Source: the human T2T-CHM13v2.0 reference genome, Homo sapiens
DNA length: 64,000 bases
Assembly (NCBI RefSeq): GCF_009914755.1
Contig: NC_060928.1
Reading direction: 5' to 3' (one strand)
The notes beneath the pieces are model-generated. The model did not search any database. It saw nothing but the letters and a program-made list of their open reading frames with translations, and was not told where the DNA came from. Shown piece by piece: positions 52,244-64,000 of this stretch (positions are counted from its first letter, which is position 1; every line of letters begins with the position of its first letter). Made by a program: the position numbers and the translations under genes.

Positions 52244-55200
52244 CTGAGAAAGAATCCCAATTAGAACCACATAAAGGAAGCCATTTAGACATGGTGCTTT
52301 GGGACAAGTCTGACCCAGTGTGTCAATGTCAACTGAAACAAAAAACTAAAGGAACTTTCTCAAGCACGTTGTCTTTTCTAGATAAAAGCTAAAGACCTTT
52401 TAGACCCAGGTTTTGAAGCAGGCTTCCCTGGACTAAAATGAGAACAACTCAAATACCGAAAGCCGGCTTGATTTTTTTCCCCCAAAGCCTGCTGGTGTAC
52501 TTTGTGAAAACAGAGGAGTATCATAACAAGCTATATGCCATATTCTAGCAAAATTAGCTAGTTAAAAATGTTTAATTCTTAGTGGTCAAACAGCAAGCTA
52601 TGAAAGGTATTCATCTGTTAGTGATTTTAAATTTGGCTTCCCGTCTCAATTTGCCATCACTGCTGATTCCTTTTGGAATTGCCCCAAGTCTACACGATGT
52701 TGCTATTGCTACATCAACTACAAAGCAAACTCATATGTTGAGATATAAAAACTAAGGCCTGTTTGAAGATATAAGGGGGAAAGAGTATGGGAAAAAGGAT
52801 AATTTAGGATTTCAACTATAAATCACACAGATACAAGAAAATAGCATGAAACAAAGCAAAAATGCACTCTATTCCATCCAGTTTTTGTTTTCAGTGAACT
52901 GTAGATTGAAGGTTCTTATTTGCACTCCACAGAGTCATTTAATCCGTTAAGATTTTGCAAATGTACTTTTCTCTGTGTATAGGTACTGTACCTTTCATTA
53001 CATTCTCAAAGATGTCTGTGATCCAACAAAACTCAAGAGCCACTTTTCTAGATTTATGTGAATTTGCAGGTGTATTCTAACTATCTATAATATCTAAAGC
53101 ACCTCTTTCATTTTCAACCTCAGCTTGACAAAAGGAAAAGTATCACACCAAACAAGCGCACAAGACCCAGGGCAATGTCATACACCTACATTCAAATTTT
53201 TAACTGACAGTCAATTGCCTTCCATGTAGCTCCTGAAATTGAACAACTTACAAGGCATTCCCAGGAAGAGCACAGTGACTGAAGGAAGAGAAGAACTGTG
53301 TCTTATGGATATTCTCAATTAACAAATAAATTGAAATAAAAGTTCACAAAATGAATTTTGACTCAACAAAAATTACTGTGATTTTTAAAATCTCGTATCT
53401 TCAAGATTGTCTCATTGAAAAATTTGAGTTAAGACAACTAAAACCCAAAGAACATATGCCAGTAAGATCTTAACCATTTTCAATTAACTCAGCATAGGAA
53501 ATTCCCTGGTAGATGACCTCTTCAGTACAGTGTAGAGAGGCAAGTTGTTCCATAATTTAGTCAACAGAATAACTTTAGGTACTTCCTGTGGGGTTTCTCC
53601 AATATATTCACCTGTACTATTTCATAATTCCTCAAGGGAACCTCGAAGACAATATGTTCAATGTGTACAAAAAGAAACATGGTAATCATCTCTCCTGAAG
53701 AGAGATGATAATCACTTCTCTTAAGGAGAGATAGTAATACATTCAAAAGCATGTTAATACTCTTGCTAAAGCAAAATTTAAAGGTTGGCACAGTTTTATT
53801 TCATATTTATTTATAAATCACCAATCCTGTCTTACAAGGATTTTGATAGGTTATTGGTAACAAGACCACCATCTATATACAAAAAATACATCTTTTGCAA
53901 GTACAGCTCCCTGCTTATGCCCAGGGGAGCAGTCGCTGAAACGAGACACTAGGCTATTGGCACCTAGCACGTGTCCATACAGCCGCTGCTGCAGAGCACA
54001 GCATGGGGCACTGTGCCATTCCCGGCGCTAAAGCACATGCAGGATCAAAGGCACGGGCATAACTGGCATGCCACCATCTACAGCTCTAGATGTGGAGCCA
54101 GCACTAAAGCCTGTGAATACTTCTATATAAAATTACATGGATGTTGACAAACCACCTGTTGAACTAAAGAAAAAAAAGTAAATTGTGCCCCTATAAGACC
54201 ACTTTTCCCTGTATATTCCTGTAAAAAATTTTCTTTGAATTTTTTATACATATATTCTACTTTAAATGCTTTGCAGCATCCAGCCTATGGAGAGTTATGA
54301 CAATTTAAATTAAAAAACAAAAAGAAAAAGAAAATTTTACACTTTAGTTTATCAAAATGCTTTAGGGTTGCAGGGGGATATCTTTGTTATAATGTTTACC
54401 AATCTGTGTGTCTTCCTGTGAATGCCAATGTTTTAAAGATAAAAAAAAAAAAGACTAAACATTTTCCCAACAATGCCTCCAACTCTCCCCAACTAAAACC
54501 CTTCTAGGAAATACTATTAAAAAGCTGTATTCTTCTATATAGTATATTATTTTATTCAGAACATGTTAAATATGCAGGCATAATGGTAGTAAAGCAAGGT
54601 GGAAATAAACATAAAAGGCAAATAAGATGTTTATTCACTTATGAAAAAACTATTAAGTATCTACAATATTCTAGGAGCAAATCTGGGCTCCAGGGATAAA
54701 AAGAAGACTAAGTCGTGGCCCTGCCCTCAAGACTATCCATAAAGGGGACAGAGATCATGGACAATTACTGGAATTAAACGTGATTCATGGATCTAGAGAG
54801 CTATGTACATGGTACTGTGCCTCAGTGATTTACAGGTTTTGCAGGGAACAAGCTTGAGACTTTTAAAGAAAATACCCTAAGTTATAAAGTTTTAACACTA
54901 TTTTTTAAACAGTTACCTGCTTCAAAAACTCAAAAGGAAGAAATGGTTATGTGTTGAACACTTTCCTTGTAACACCTGTCCATGGTTACCTTGCTCTCAT
55001 TTAAGCATCCAATGTTAACACAAGAGTCTCTTATAACACTCTAATATTGCTTCCCTGATTAATAAAGGCTTTGCCTGCCAATGACATTCTCATGAGTATA
55101 TTGTACTTTATTATGTATTTACGTAGTATGTATTTTATTATGACTAAAAGCCACTCTGTAGTAAGTGGAGCAATCCATAAAAACAGACTTCCGATGTTAC

Positions 55201-56812
55201 TATATATCAAGTAAAATTCTCTTTTTACTAATTAAACATGCTAAAAATTTTTTATAATGCTTCAAAGTAGAGAAGAAGATAAGAAACAGGAAACAAAATA
55301 GAAAATATAACATGCATTCTAGATGGAAAAAAGAAAATGGCAAGAATACCTTTAAAAATATGCTCCAGTACAAGGCTTTAATTAAATTTAAAATTACTGT
55401 CTCAGATAATTGAATAAATTACTTAAGTGGGTAACTGGGTTACGATCTAACCTAATGTTCACTATGCTTATAGTGGTGAGTGTGGTGACAATATTTTAAA
55501 GAAATAAAAAGGTAACGTATATGGGCAATTGTTACTTCTCTTCACTACTGGAGACACGTATAAGAATACACATGACAGGGAATCCTCTGCACCCCACGCT
55601 TTCCAGCACCACCCCTGTCCCACCATCCTTTGCTAGGTCTTTGCCTCCCCAGCACTGGCTCCCTCAGGATTTCTTCCAAATAACTGCAATGGCCAGGAGT
55701 TGAGTAATTTGATAGTACGAAGCATGGTTCACAATACAGAATGAATAAAAGGAAAAAGAAAGAGCTATGAAGAACATTAATCATGAAGAAAAATTTAAGG
55801 AAAAGGCTCCAATTTGAGGTATTCTAAACTCATAAGACAGGGTTCTAACTATGTGGCTAAAATAGTGGATTTGGAAAGTATTATCAACATTAGACCATTT
55901 CTAACATTTTGGAGGCAGAAGAGTGAAATCCACAGAAACAGAAGAAATATTCGTGAGCTAGCAGAGAGGGTCAAAAGTGTGAAAGTAAGCAAGCTTGTCA
56001 ACATGATAAACAAACAGAACAATCTACATATAATATAGAGGCAATCCAAACAAAGATTGCTAGTGAGGTAGGAAATAAAATTGATTACCACAGTACAAAT
56101 GACACAAAATAAGTATTTAAAATCATGTACCTTCAAAGAGGTCACAGTGTAAAATAACAAAAGTTTGTAATTGTGACAAAACCAGTTTCTCTTATAATAG
56201 GTAAATAGAAAAACCATAAAAGACACCATGCTTGGAAAGGAATAGTGTAATAAAGCTATGACCAAAGTTTAAACACCAGGGCCAAAATTTACATTGCTTT
56301 TTCTAATTTATATTCTATCATAGAAATTTATATTGCTTTTCTTAACTGAGAGTCAAGATATATCCATGAGTAAATAAAGGTCTGAGAAGAAACACAATCA
56401 CTCCTTAAAGTTGAACATACGTGTAAAGTTGAAGAAAAGAACATCTCTTTTGTTCATTTTTAATGTCTGAATTAGCAAAATGAAAACAATCAAAAATTTT
56501 AAGTTATGTTTATAAATAGAGCAAACTATTAACAGAAAGTAAAATTGCCTTGGAAATTGGCCATACTTAACCCTAAGTAATAAACATTATTGCAAGTTTT
56601 TGTTTTTAAATTGAAGGTAAAGAAAAGCAGAGGAGATTTCTACTTATATTTTTATACCTAAGTTCGCCCTGCTTCAACCTGTCATGGATAAGCCACTACT
56701 ACCTACAAGATGCCTTGGGAACGGGCTCTGTCCATCTGCACAATTTAGCATATTTGCACTAATTACTACAAGACTGGCCTATTGTTGGTCCTACAAACAG
56801 TCAGTGAGCCTG

Positions 56813-56884
56813 AGGTCAGCAGGAAGAGCTCTATGACCCACGCACTGACCCCAAGGGATGGCCAGTGACCTGCCGGCCTGACCT
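56813..56884. promoter_or_regulatory. Cluster of five nuclear-receptor half-sites (RGGTCA)
   Basis: AGGTCA 56813; TGACCC 56834 and 56846; TGACCT 56866 and 56879. Confidence 0.35.
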
Positions 56885-57139
56885 GTAAGTGAGGAAAGAA
56901 CTAAAAATTCTCATCAGGATTCACTCTTTTTTTAAACTCAAAAACTAAAGTTTTTAAATGAGCATACCCTAAAATCCCTTTACCAACCTACATATTATGT
57001 AATTGGCTTATTTCCTTTTATTATAACAATACAGCATTTTATTTTTATAAATTTGAATATTGTTAGACTCTGTACATCTTATATAATCCATATATGAAAT
57101 ATTTATAATAATTTACATAGTATAACTCTTTTTCTAATT

Positions 57140-57250
57140 CTCTTTTGAGACAGGGTTCTCACTATGTTGTCCAGGTTAATTTCAAACTCCTGGCCTCAAG
57201 CGATCCTCCCACCTTTACCTCTCAAAATGCTGGGATTACACACATGGCCT
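57140..57250 (-). mobile_element. FLAM/AluJ monomer fragment
   Basis: GAGACAGGGTTCTCACTATGTTG...CTCAAGCGATCCTCCC...GCTGGGATTACA. Confidence 0.85.
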
Positions 57251-57304
57251 CAACTATTTTATATGAATTTCAACTACATCATGATCTAGTTGGGGAACTA
57301 GAAC

Positions 57305-57490
57305 CAGGGGAAATTTTGCACCCGGGAGATATTTGACAATCCCTGGAGACATTGATTCTTGCAACTAGAAGGTGGGACAGGCATCTGGTGGGTAAAAGTC
57401 AAGGATACTGCTAAATATTCTATAGTGTATGGGACAGCCACACAAAACAAAGAATTATCTGTTCTGAAATGTCAATAGTGCCAAGGTTGT
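57305..57490 (+). mobile_element. MER20 (hAT-Charlie)
   Basis: GGCATCTGGTGGGTA...GCTAAATATTCTA...AAAGAATTATCTG...AAATGTCAATAGTGCCAAGGTTG. Confidence 0.85.
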
Positions 57491-58704
57491 TCTAGTTGAT
57501 AGAAACCTGAATTAGTTCCTCTTACTGATTTGCCTTATAATCTAGTAAATCTGTTCTTTCTTTCTTATCCTTAAATATCTACATCAAGTAACATTATATT
57601 GTTATAATATAATTACCTGAATTGATTGTTTAAATATAAGCTTTCTGAACCCCTGAAGATGAATCTGAATTGTTAGGAAAGAGATAAGGGAATTTACATT
57701 GATATCCAGCACTGTACTCTTTCTGCTGCACTCTGAATTGTGGAAGCCAAATATCTTCTTTGTTTTATATAACAAAGTATTTGCTTTTTCCATGTTTAAA
57801 CTCTGGAAGTTATATTGTATTTTCTTAAACAATTCAGAAAAACAAAAACAGATAACATTCCAGTTACTATATTAATACTTTAAAATTATACTGAAGATGG
57901 AAAAGACATTGGAGTTCATTTGTAAAACTTTCTTATAGGTGAGAAACAAGAGGAGAAGTGCCTGAGATTCCCGGACCAGTTAGTGACTTCACCAGGGACC
58001 GTGTGTTAACTAGAGTAAGGTATGAAGAAGTAGTTCACTCCAAATCTCAGGCAACAGGTAACATCTAGTGAATCATTCGGCAGCGCACTGAACTTTCCTG
58101 TGTGGTCTCTGCCAGCCATTCCAACATCATGTCCAATGCTCTGCATATGGGGCCAGGAAAGTAATGTAGTATCAAGAACATAGAAAAGAACATGAGGACA
58201 TTTTTAAGATAATATAGAATTCAATTCAAATTAGTGTAATATGGTGCAGTTGACATAAATACAGGCAATTGAAGATATAACAGGGGAAATATATCAGGAA
58301 AGGCTTCCCGTAGAAGGTTTTGCATCAGATTTTTAAGGAAGAAGAGGAGAAAGATTGGCTAGAAAGAGGCATAGGGCATTTTTGGTACATGCAAAGGCCC
58401 AAAAATAGAAATTAGCAAATCAAAGTCAGAGAACTGCAAGTAGTTGTAAGTGACTGGAGCAGGCAGATCATACTGGAGAGTGCTCAGAAATTAATTTGTT
58501 AAGGTCAGCAGTCTAATGCAGAAGAGCGAAAAGAAGTGGTGAAATCATCCAAGTGCCAGGCTGTATAGATTCTCAAGACACCTGCAACTACTGTCCATCA
58601 GCTTGTTTTGTTTCCTACATAGCAGTGTGACTCCCTAAAATCATTTTTATTTACCTACTTGGCTTTTGTTGGTCTCCCTAACTACAATGCAAGTTCCATG
58701 CACT

Positions 58705-59330
58705 GAGTTTGGGTTGCCAGGAGGAATGTCTAGAGTCAACGAGAGCACTTTAAAATGAGGTGGATAGTATGGGAGCTATAGAAATAAGAATGAGTGTGAC
58801 TAACATGAATTAGATGGAAAGAGTCAAAGTTTACTGGACCGTAACAGCTGATTTACCTGCTATGCTACAGATGTGGCCTGAGAGGCACTGTCTGACAGAG
58901 ACCGGCCTCACTGAACATGTGGGGAACTGGCATCCCAGCAGCTGCCTGAACATGCAGAAGAGTTAATGACCTCCTCTCCAGGGAGTGAATTTATTTTAAC
59001 TAATGTGATTTTTACCTAATTTTTTAAAAAGGGAGCCAGTGGATAAGTCGTTCTCTCTTCCTCCCCTTGAGGCACTGTTCTGACATGCATTAGTTCCTAT
59101 GTCCTCTCTGATGATGTGCTGTGAGACTGAGCCATCTTTGGGGTAATTCTTGTGAAGCTGCAGCTTGGTAAAGTTCACCTCCTTATGTTTGTTCAACAAC
59201 CTTTCACCTCCCCTGCTTTGCTCCGTTTCCCCCTCACTTCTGCTTCCCTAGGTTTGTACTCCCCAGTAAAGTGCTAGGATGTTAAGCTTCTGACTCAGGC
59301 CATGTTTTCTGGGCATCCCAGGCTAAGACA
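58705..59330 (+). mobile_element. Old ERVL-class solo LTR (subfamily uncertain)
   Basis: 3' end CTCCCCAGTAAAG...CTCAGGCCATGTTTTCTGGGCATCCCAGGCTAAGACA, typical of ERVL LTRs; 5' boundary approximate. Confidence 0.55.
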
Positions 59331-60242
59331 AAAGCTATTCTACCTACTAAATGAAACTCAACCCAAGTACTTAGTGTGTTGATTTTCAACCTACGTGGTC
59401 AAATCCAGCAAGGTTTAGAGATGTGTACAGTGTTACTAAGTGGGTGGCACAGGCTTTACGTTGCCAGTTCATCTGCCCAAAATTGTTTCCACCAGATACA
59501 ATGGCCTTTGCTGCAGCCATGTAAAAACTGTGCAGAGTTTTTTGGCCTATATGACTAGAGAATATGCAAGGTGGGATATGAAGGAACTGAGGACAAAAGA
59601 GAGGTAGGTTAGCAACACACAGAAAAGAAGCAACAGGGAAATGGAAGCAGACTAATTGCAGAAGATCAACCATTTCCCCCCAGCAGGAATTCCTGCTGCA
59701 CAGGCTGCATGGCAGATTTTGGAAGCCTAAACAGCATGAATGGCTAAAGGTGTTTTCTGATGAATGAGGTTTTACTTCTTTGGCAGGTAACTGAAGTCTG
59801 ACTTTGGGAACAAGAACACCTGGAAGTCAGCTCAGCTCTTGAACTACTCCCAATTCCTCATATCAGGTTCATTATGAGAAGCCACCTGTGCCTCTGCTCA
59901 TCAAATCCTGCTGGTTTCTGGTTCTGATCTGTTGCAATGCACCAAAGAGTCATTTTTATTTACAAAAGTAAAATAAATAATTCATAAGGATTTCCTGACC
60001 CTTCAGCTTTGAGCCAATGTGAAATTGGTCTATGTTGATGATCACAGAATTGTAAATTGCTTCAACACTTCTGCTAAGTAATTACTTAATCCAAGTAGTA
60101 AAACCTGAGTAATATAAATTAACGAGTGGTATGGCTCAGTTTTAATTACTGAAAATTATGAATTACAAGGTTTTTTTTTTAAGAAGTGCTTATGGAAGAG
60201 AATGCTATGTATTCAACAAACTCTGCTTGCTTTTTCTCTTGG

Positions 60243-60323
60243 GCACACAATGGAATGCAGGCAGAAGTGGGCCTGGCTTGTGCACACAATGGAATGTAGG
60301 CAGAAGTAGGCCTGGCTTGTGCA
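60243..60323 (+). repeat. 39-bp tandem duplication
   Basis: GCACACAATGGAATGYAGGCAGAAGTRGGCCTGGCTTGT twice, with 2 mismatches. Confidence 0.95.
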
Positions 60324-60513
60324 AGAAACCTGGTATGCAAATCCTCCATGATTTTTTCCTTTTCCTATTCACTGCTTGATAAGAGAGGAAGACACAGCCC
60401 TGAAAGGAATTTAGCATAGTGAAACAATGAAAGAATCCTGGATCCCTAAAAGAATGCAGAGAAGAGACATCTCCTCTACCCTTATACCACCATCTCCCAC
60501 ATTGGAGATTGGA

Positions 60514-60627
60514 GTTTGACCTAATCAAGAAATACATTTGTTTGTTTGTTTGTTTGTTTGTTTGACCTAATCAAGAAATACATGTGTTTGTTTGTTGGTT
60601 GGTTGACTGGTTGGTTGGTTTTGTTTT
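60514..60627 (+). repeat. 46-bp duplication containing (TTTG)n, followed by (TTGG)n
   Basis: GTTTGACCTAATCAAGAAATACAT at 60514-60537 and 60560-60583. Confidence 0.93.
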
Positions 60628-61542
60628 TTAATGTTAAGAGACAGGATTTGAGGAAACTGTTGGTGTGAACAGTGTTGGTTACTCCAACTAGTGCAAGTTT
60701 GTAATTCAAACTAGGTTAGCAACATTCATTTAATCATTTACTTGATAAGAATCATTTATCTCGTGTTAATCTGTTCAAAAGTCCTCTAGGGTGCATGCTT
60801 TATAAAAGGATAGGATCAAATAAAATTATGCAAATTCATTTTATCAACTGGTTCTTCTATGTTATATGAGAATGTTTTTGTTCTTTTAAATATTTTAAGC
60901 ATTTCCACAACAATTTGCTTTATGATATTGATTAACAATATGAAACTTCCAGCCCAGTCTATCTGAATAATCACAATTATATTTAGTTAGAAACACCACC
61001 ACTTTCTTGCTTTTCTGTAATTTGCTTATTACTAAGTCTGGTTGGATGTCTTGCAGAAATATGTTTCCCAAACCATTGAGCTCTACTTCATTCTGTGGTT
61101 TTAGACTCCATATCTGAATTCAGAGACATCTTCCAAATGTTTGCAACAAAAACTGTTACCTCCAAATAGAAAAACAACATATGATAATAGTCATGTAACA
61201 TCCTTTGCACATAGAACTAGACTGTGTATTCTCTGAGTTATCAGAAATAAGAATTCAAGCACATATATTAACTCAAATTTAGGTTGTAAGCTTAATAGTT
61301 AATAATCAGGAAAGGGCGATTTAAATTTTTTTTAAGTTTTATAGCTTTCAAGCAGAATATGGACAGTGGTCACAAAGTCCTCATGCATGTAGGCTAAGAA
61401 AAAACTTCTTAGCTAACAGTCAAGACCTAAAATCAGTTATCGGGGTCATCTCTAATAATTTCCAAAAAAAGAAAATGGGCAAAATTAGAGCATACATATA
61501 CAAAGATCTTTAAAGGGAATTTTGGACACTGTCCATTGTTTA

Positions 61543-61853
<311 letters not shown>

Positions 61854-63589
61854 TTAGTAGTCATGATGGTGTACACTAGTGAGAAAAAGTATAGTTCACA
61901 TTAAGTGTATGCTATCTCCATAATATTAAGAACTTTTTAAGTAAATTAAGTGTAATTTTAAAATTGCATTAAGTACAGTTTCTAACTAGAAGAAGGCTTG
62001 TACATAAACAGTTGTTCAATATAAATGTTTATTGAGCTGAAATATCTTTAGTATCAAAAACATCTGGAATTACAACATTTAAAAATTCCAATTTTTTAAG
62101 CTCTTGCTTTAAAAAAATGACTTTTTTAGTTGAGATTTCCATTTTTCCTTTTTAAAATAACTTGCACTAAGAATAAAATTAGATCAATTTTTCTACTTAA
62201 AAGTCATACACATACTGTAGTGCCTGAATTTCAAATCAGTAGGGTTCAAACCAATGTAAGTTGTCTATGAGTGAGTGAAAGTGTGTGTATTTTTAGTTGC
62301 AACTTATAAGATGAGCTAAAGGTATTCCATGGCATATTCCAGATTTCCTACTGAATAACAAATGTATTCATCTAGCATGTCTAGTAGATCAATTGTCTCC
62401 ATCTCCTTTCTTCCATCACTACTTATGCTTAAACATCCTTAAAGCTTTTCCTGTAAATACAGCTGGGATGAAGCTTCTTTCTGCCAATCTATTATTCTGT
62501 CACTTTCCTTCTTTTATGTCCTCAACCAAATAAGTGTCATTTTCCTGCTTTTATTTTGGCTGAGAATTCAACTGAATCAGTTTTCCAACAAATCTGGTGC
62601 ATAGAATTCTAATTTTCCCTGTTACTTTTGCCTCCCAAACAAAAACAAGCCATCTACTGTGACTCTACTGTATTTGGAGTTGGAACAGGTGCTATGTCTT
62701 CCTAAGCCCCAAACATCAAAATAGTTGTGAAATGGGATTTGCACTCCACTGATCTGTGTAAAATCATAGCTAACAACAACGTATATTTACAATGAAAAGA
62801 TTTCCTGGCACTGTGAGCACACAAGCCCTAGGAAGGTTTTAAATGTTGCACTTTGCCATTGTGTTTCTCTCTGGAAACTAATGCCAAATAATGCATTCAT
62901 TGAGTATGAATCTAATATACAAATTAGAGCCTGTGACTAATGGGTTTTTCAAGAAGCGTGAAATTCCTTTTTGTAATTGCTGAGTGATAGACATTTCCAC
63001 TGAATTTGATATTTCTACGAGAGTTTCTTTCATCCTAGTTAGTGACTGGAAAATCTGCAAGAGGAAAGTACTTATAGGGTGGTGGGAAAGATTCATGTAA
63101 ATAATGTGCCTTTGAAGTTGGAGAGTTATTTTTAATAAAATTTCTAGAAAATGAATATGATCAATGAGGTCTTTGTTTAACAAATTTGCTTTTCTTGAAT
63201 CTTATAAAATTGAGTGAAAATGAGAACATTGCCCTGTTAGACAAATGTTCATGAGGGTATTAAATAAAAATCCTATAGGAATTTGTATAACATCTTAAGT
63301 AGGTTTAAATAATCCTTGAAGTTGAACCAGAAGTACATTTTATAAAACTCATCTTTCTCTCTCAAGAGTCCCATTCAGGATAACATGTGTGCAAATCCTA
63401 GGCAATATATGGCAGCAAAGTGAGGCAAGGGACACATCAAGAGTGAAGCCAAGTTCTTTCTGAGTTATGCCCTATAACTCCTCTGTATTTTGGTCTCTAA
63501 TTCCACGTGTGTAATACAAAATGAAGAAATAAAGCTTTTTTTCTCTATGGCCTCTTGAATGAATGAACAATAAGTTTGAGAAATTCTAG

Positions 63590-64000
63590 GAAAAATACTT
63601 ACTGTGCCAGGCATTGTTCTTAAAATGTATCATTATGACATTTCTCTCATTTTAGGGACAACCTTAGGATAATTACATTTGTAACTGTAATTGAAGTGAT
63701 AAGATTTCACCCAGCTCTCTATTTTTCTAAAATCAGCTTCCCTTCTTCCCCACTTTCCCTCCCTACTTCTCTCTCCCTTGTTTTTGAGTTACTTCATGTA
63801 CATTAGCTTGGGGCTGAACACTGTGTTAAGCTCTGGATAAAGCCCACTGACAAGATGAATGAGTCTCTTACAGTCTAGAAGAAAAGACTAGCATTGAACA
63901 AGTCAAAGGAAAAAAATGGAGAGGTATCAATGCTCTGGGGACAAATAACAGAAGACAATCTAGAGTGACACAAAAAACTCATCTATAATTTCAGATAGAT
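63590..64000 (-). mobile_element. MIR and L2 remnants
   Basis: TACTGTGCCAGGCATTGTTCT (MIR/L2) and CACTGTGTTAAGCTCTGG...CTTACAGTCTAG (antisense L2). Confidence 0.5.

Noticed and set aside
51884-52270. 128-aa ORF as a standalone gene
   Set aside because: Non-ATG start and no recognisable domain; only the 81-nt splice-bounded part is kept, as a weak candidate.
59681-59698. Perfect 18-bp palindrome CAGCAGGAATTCCTGCTG
   Set aside because: About 0.24 expected by chance in 64 kb (64000/4^9); no supporting context.

Overview
AT-rich, CpG-depleted great-ape (most likely human) genomic DNA, intronic or lncRNA-type, roughly half of it interspersed repeats. An L1PA2-type 3' fragment supports the hominid origin. 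There are about 16 Alu/FLAM copies, a near full-length L1PA7-like element on the - strand carrying a nested AluY and a nested younger L1PA, a ~6.5 kb ancient L1MC1-like element on the + strand, short L1PA 3' fragments, solo LTRs (MER39-, MLT1-, LTR33- and ERVL-like), DNA transposon relics (Tigger2, MER5, MER20, MER33), L2/MIR remnants and microsatellites. I recognise no intact protein-coding gene: the ORF track is almost all Alu, L1, microsatellite or chance ORFs. Reading splice signals by eye suggests a multi-exon transcript on the - strand (candidate exons near 52.2, 50.7, 28.0, 22.5, 21.9, 20.0, 8.4 and 4.0 kb) with a possible short ORF and alternative C-termini. I could not assign it to a gene and it needs RNA evidence. 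The best-supported oddities are scars of local DNA copying: a 148-bp templated insertion inside an Alu, a complex duplication at an L1 junction, a fold-back inversion in the L1PA7, and a microsatellite born inside a target-site duplication (TSD). Repeat subfamily calls come from remembered consensus sequences, and the boundaries of old repeats are approximate. I found no evidence of a new multi-gene system.
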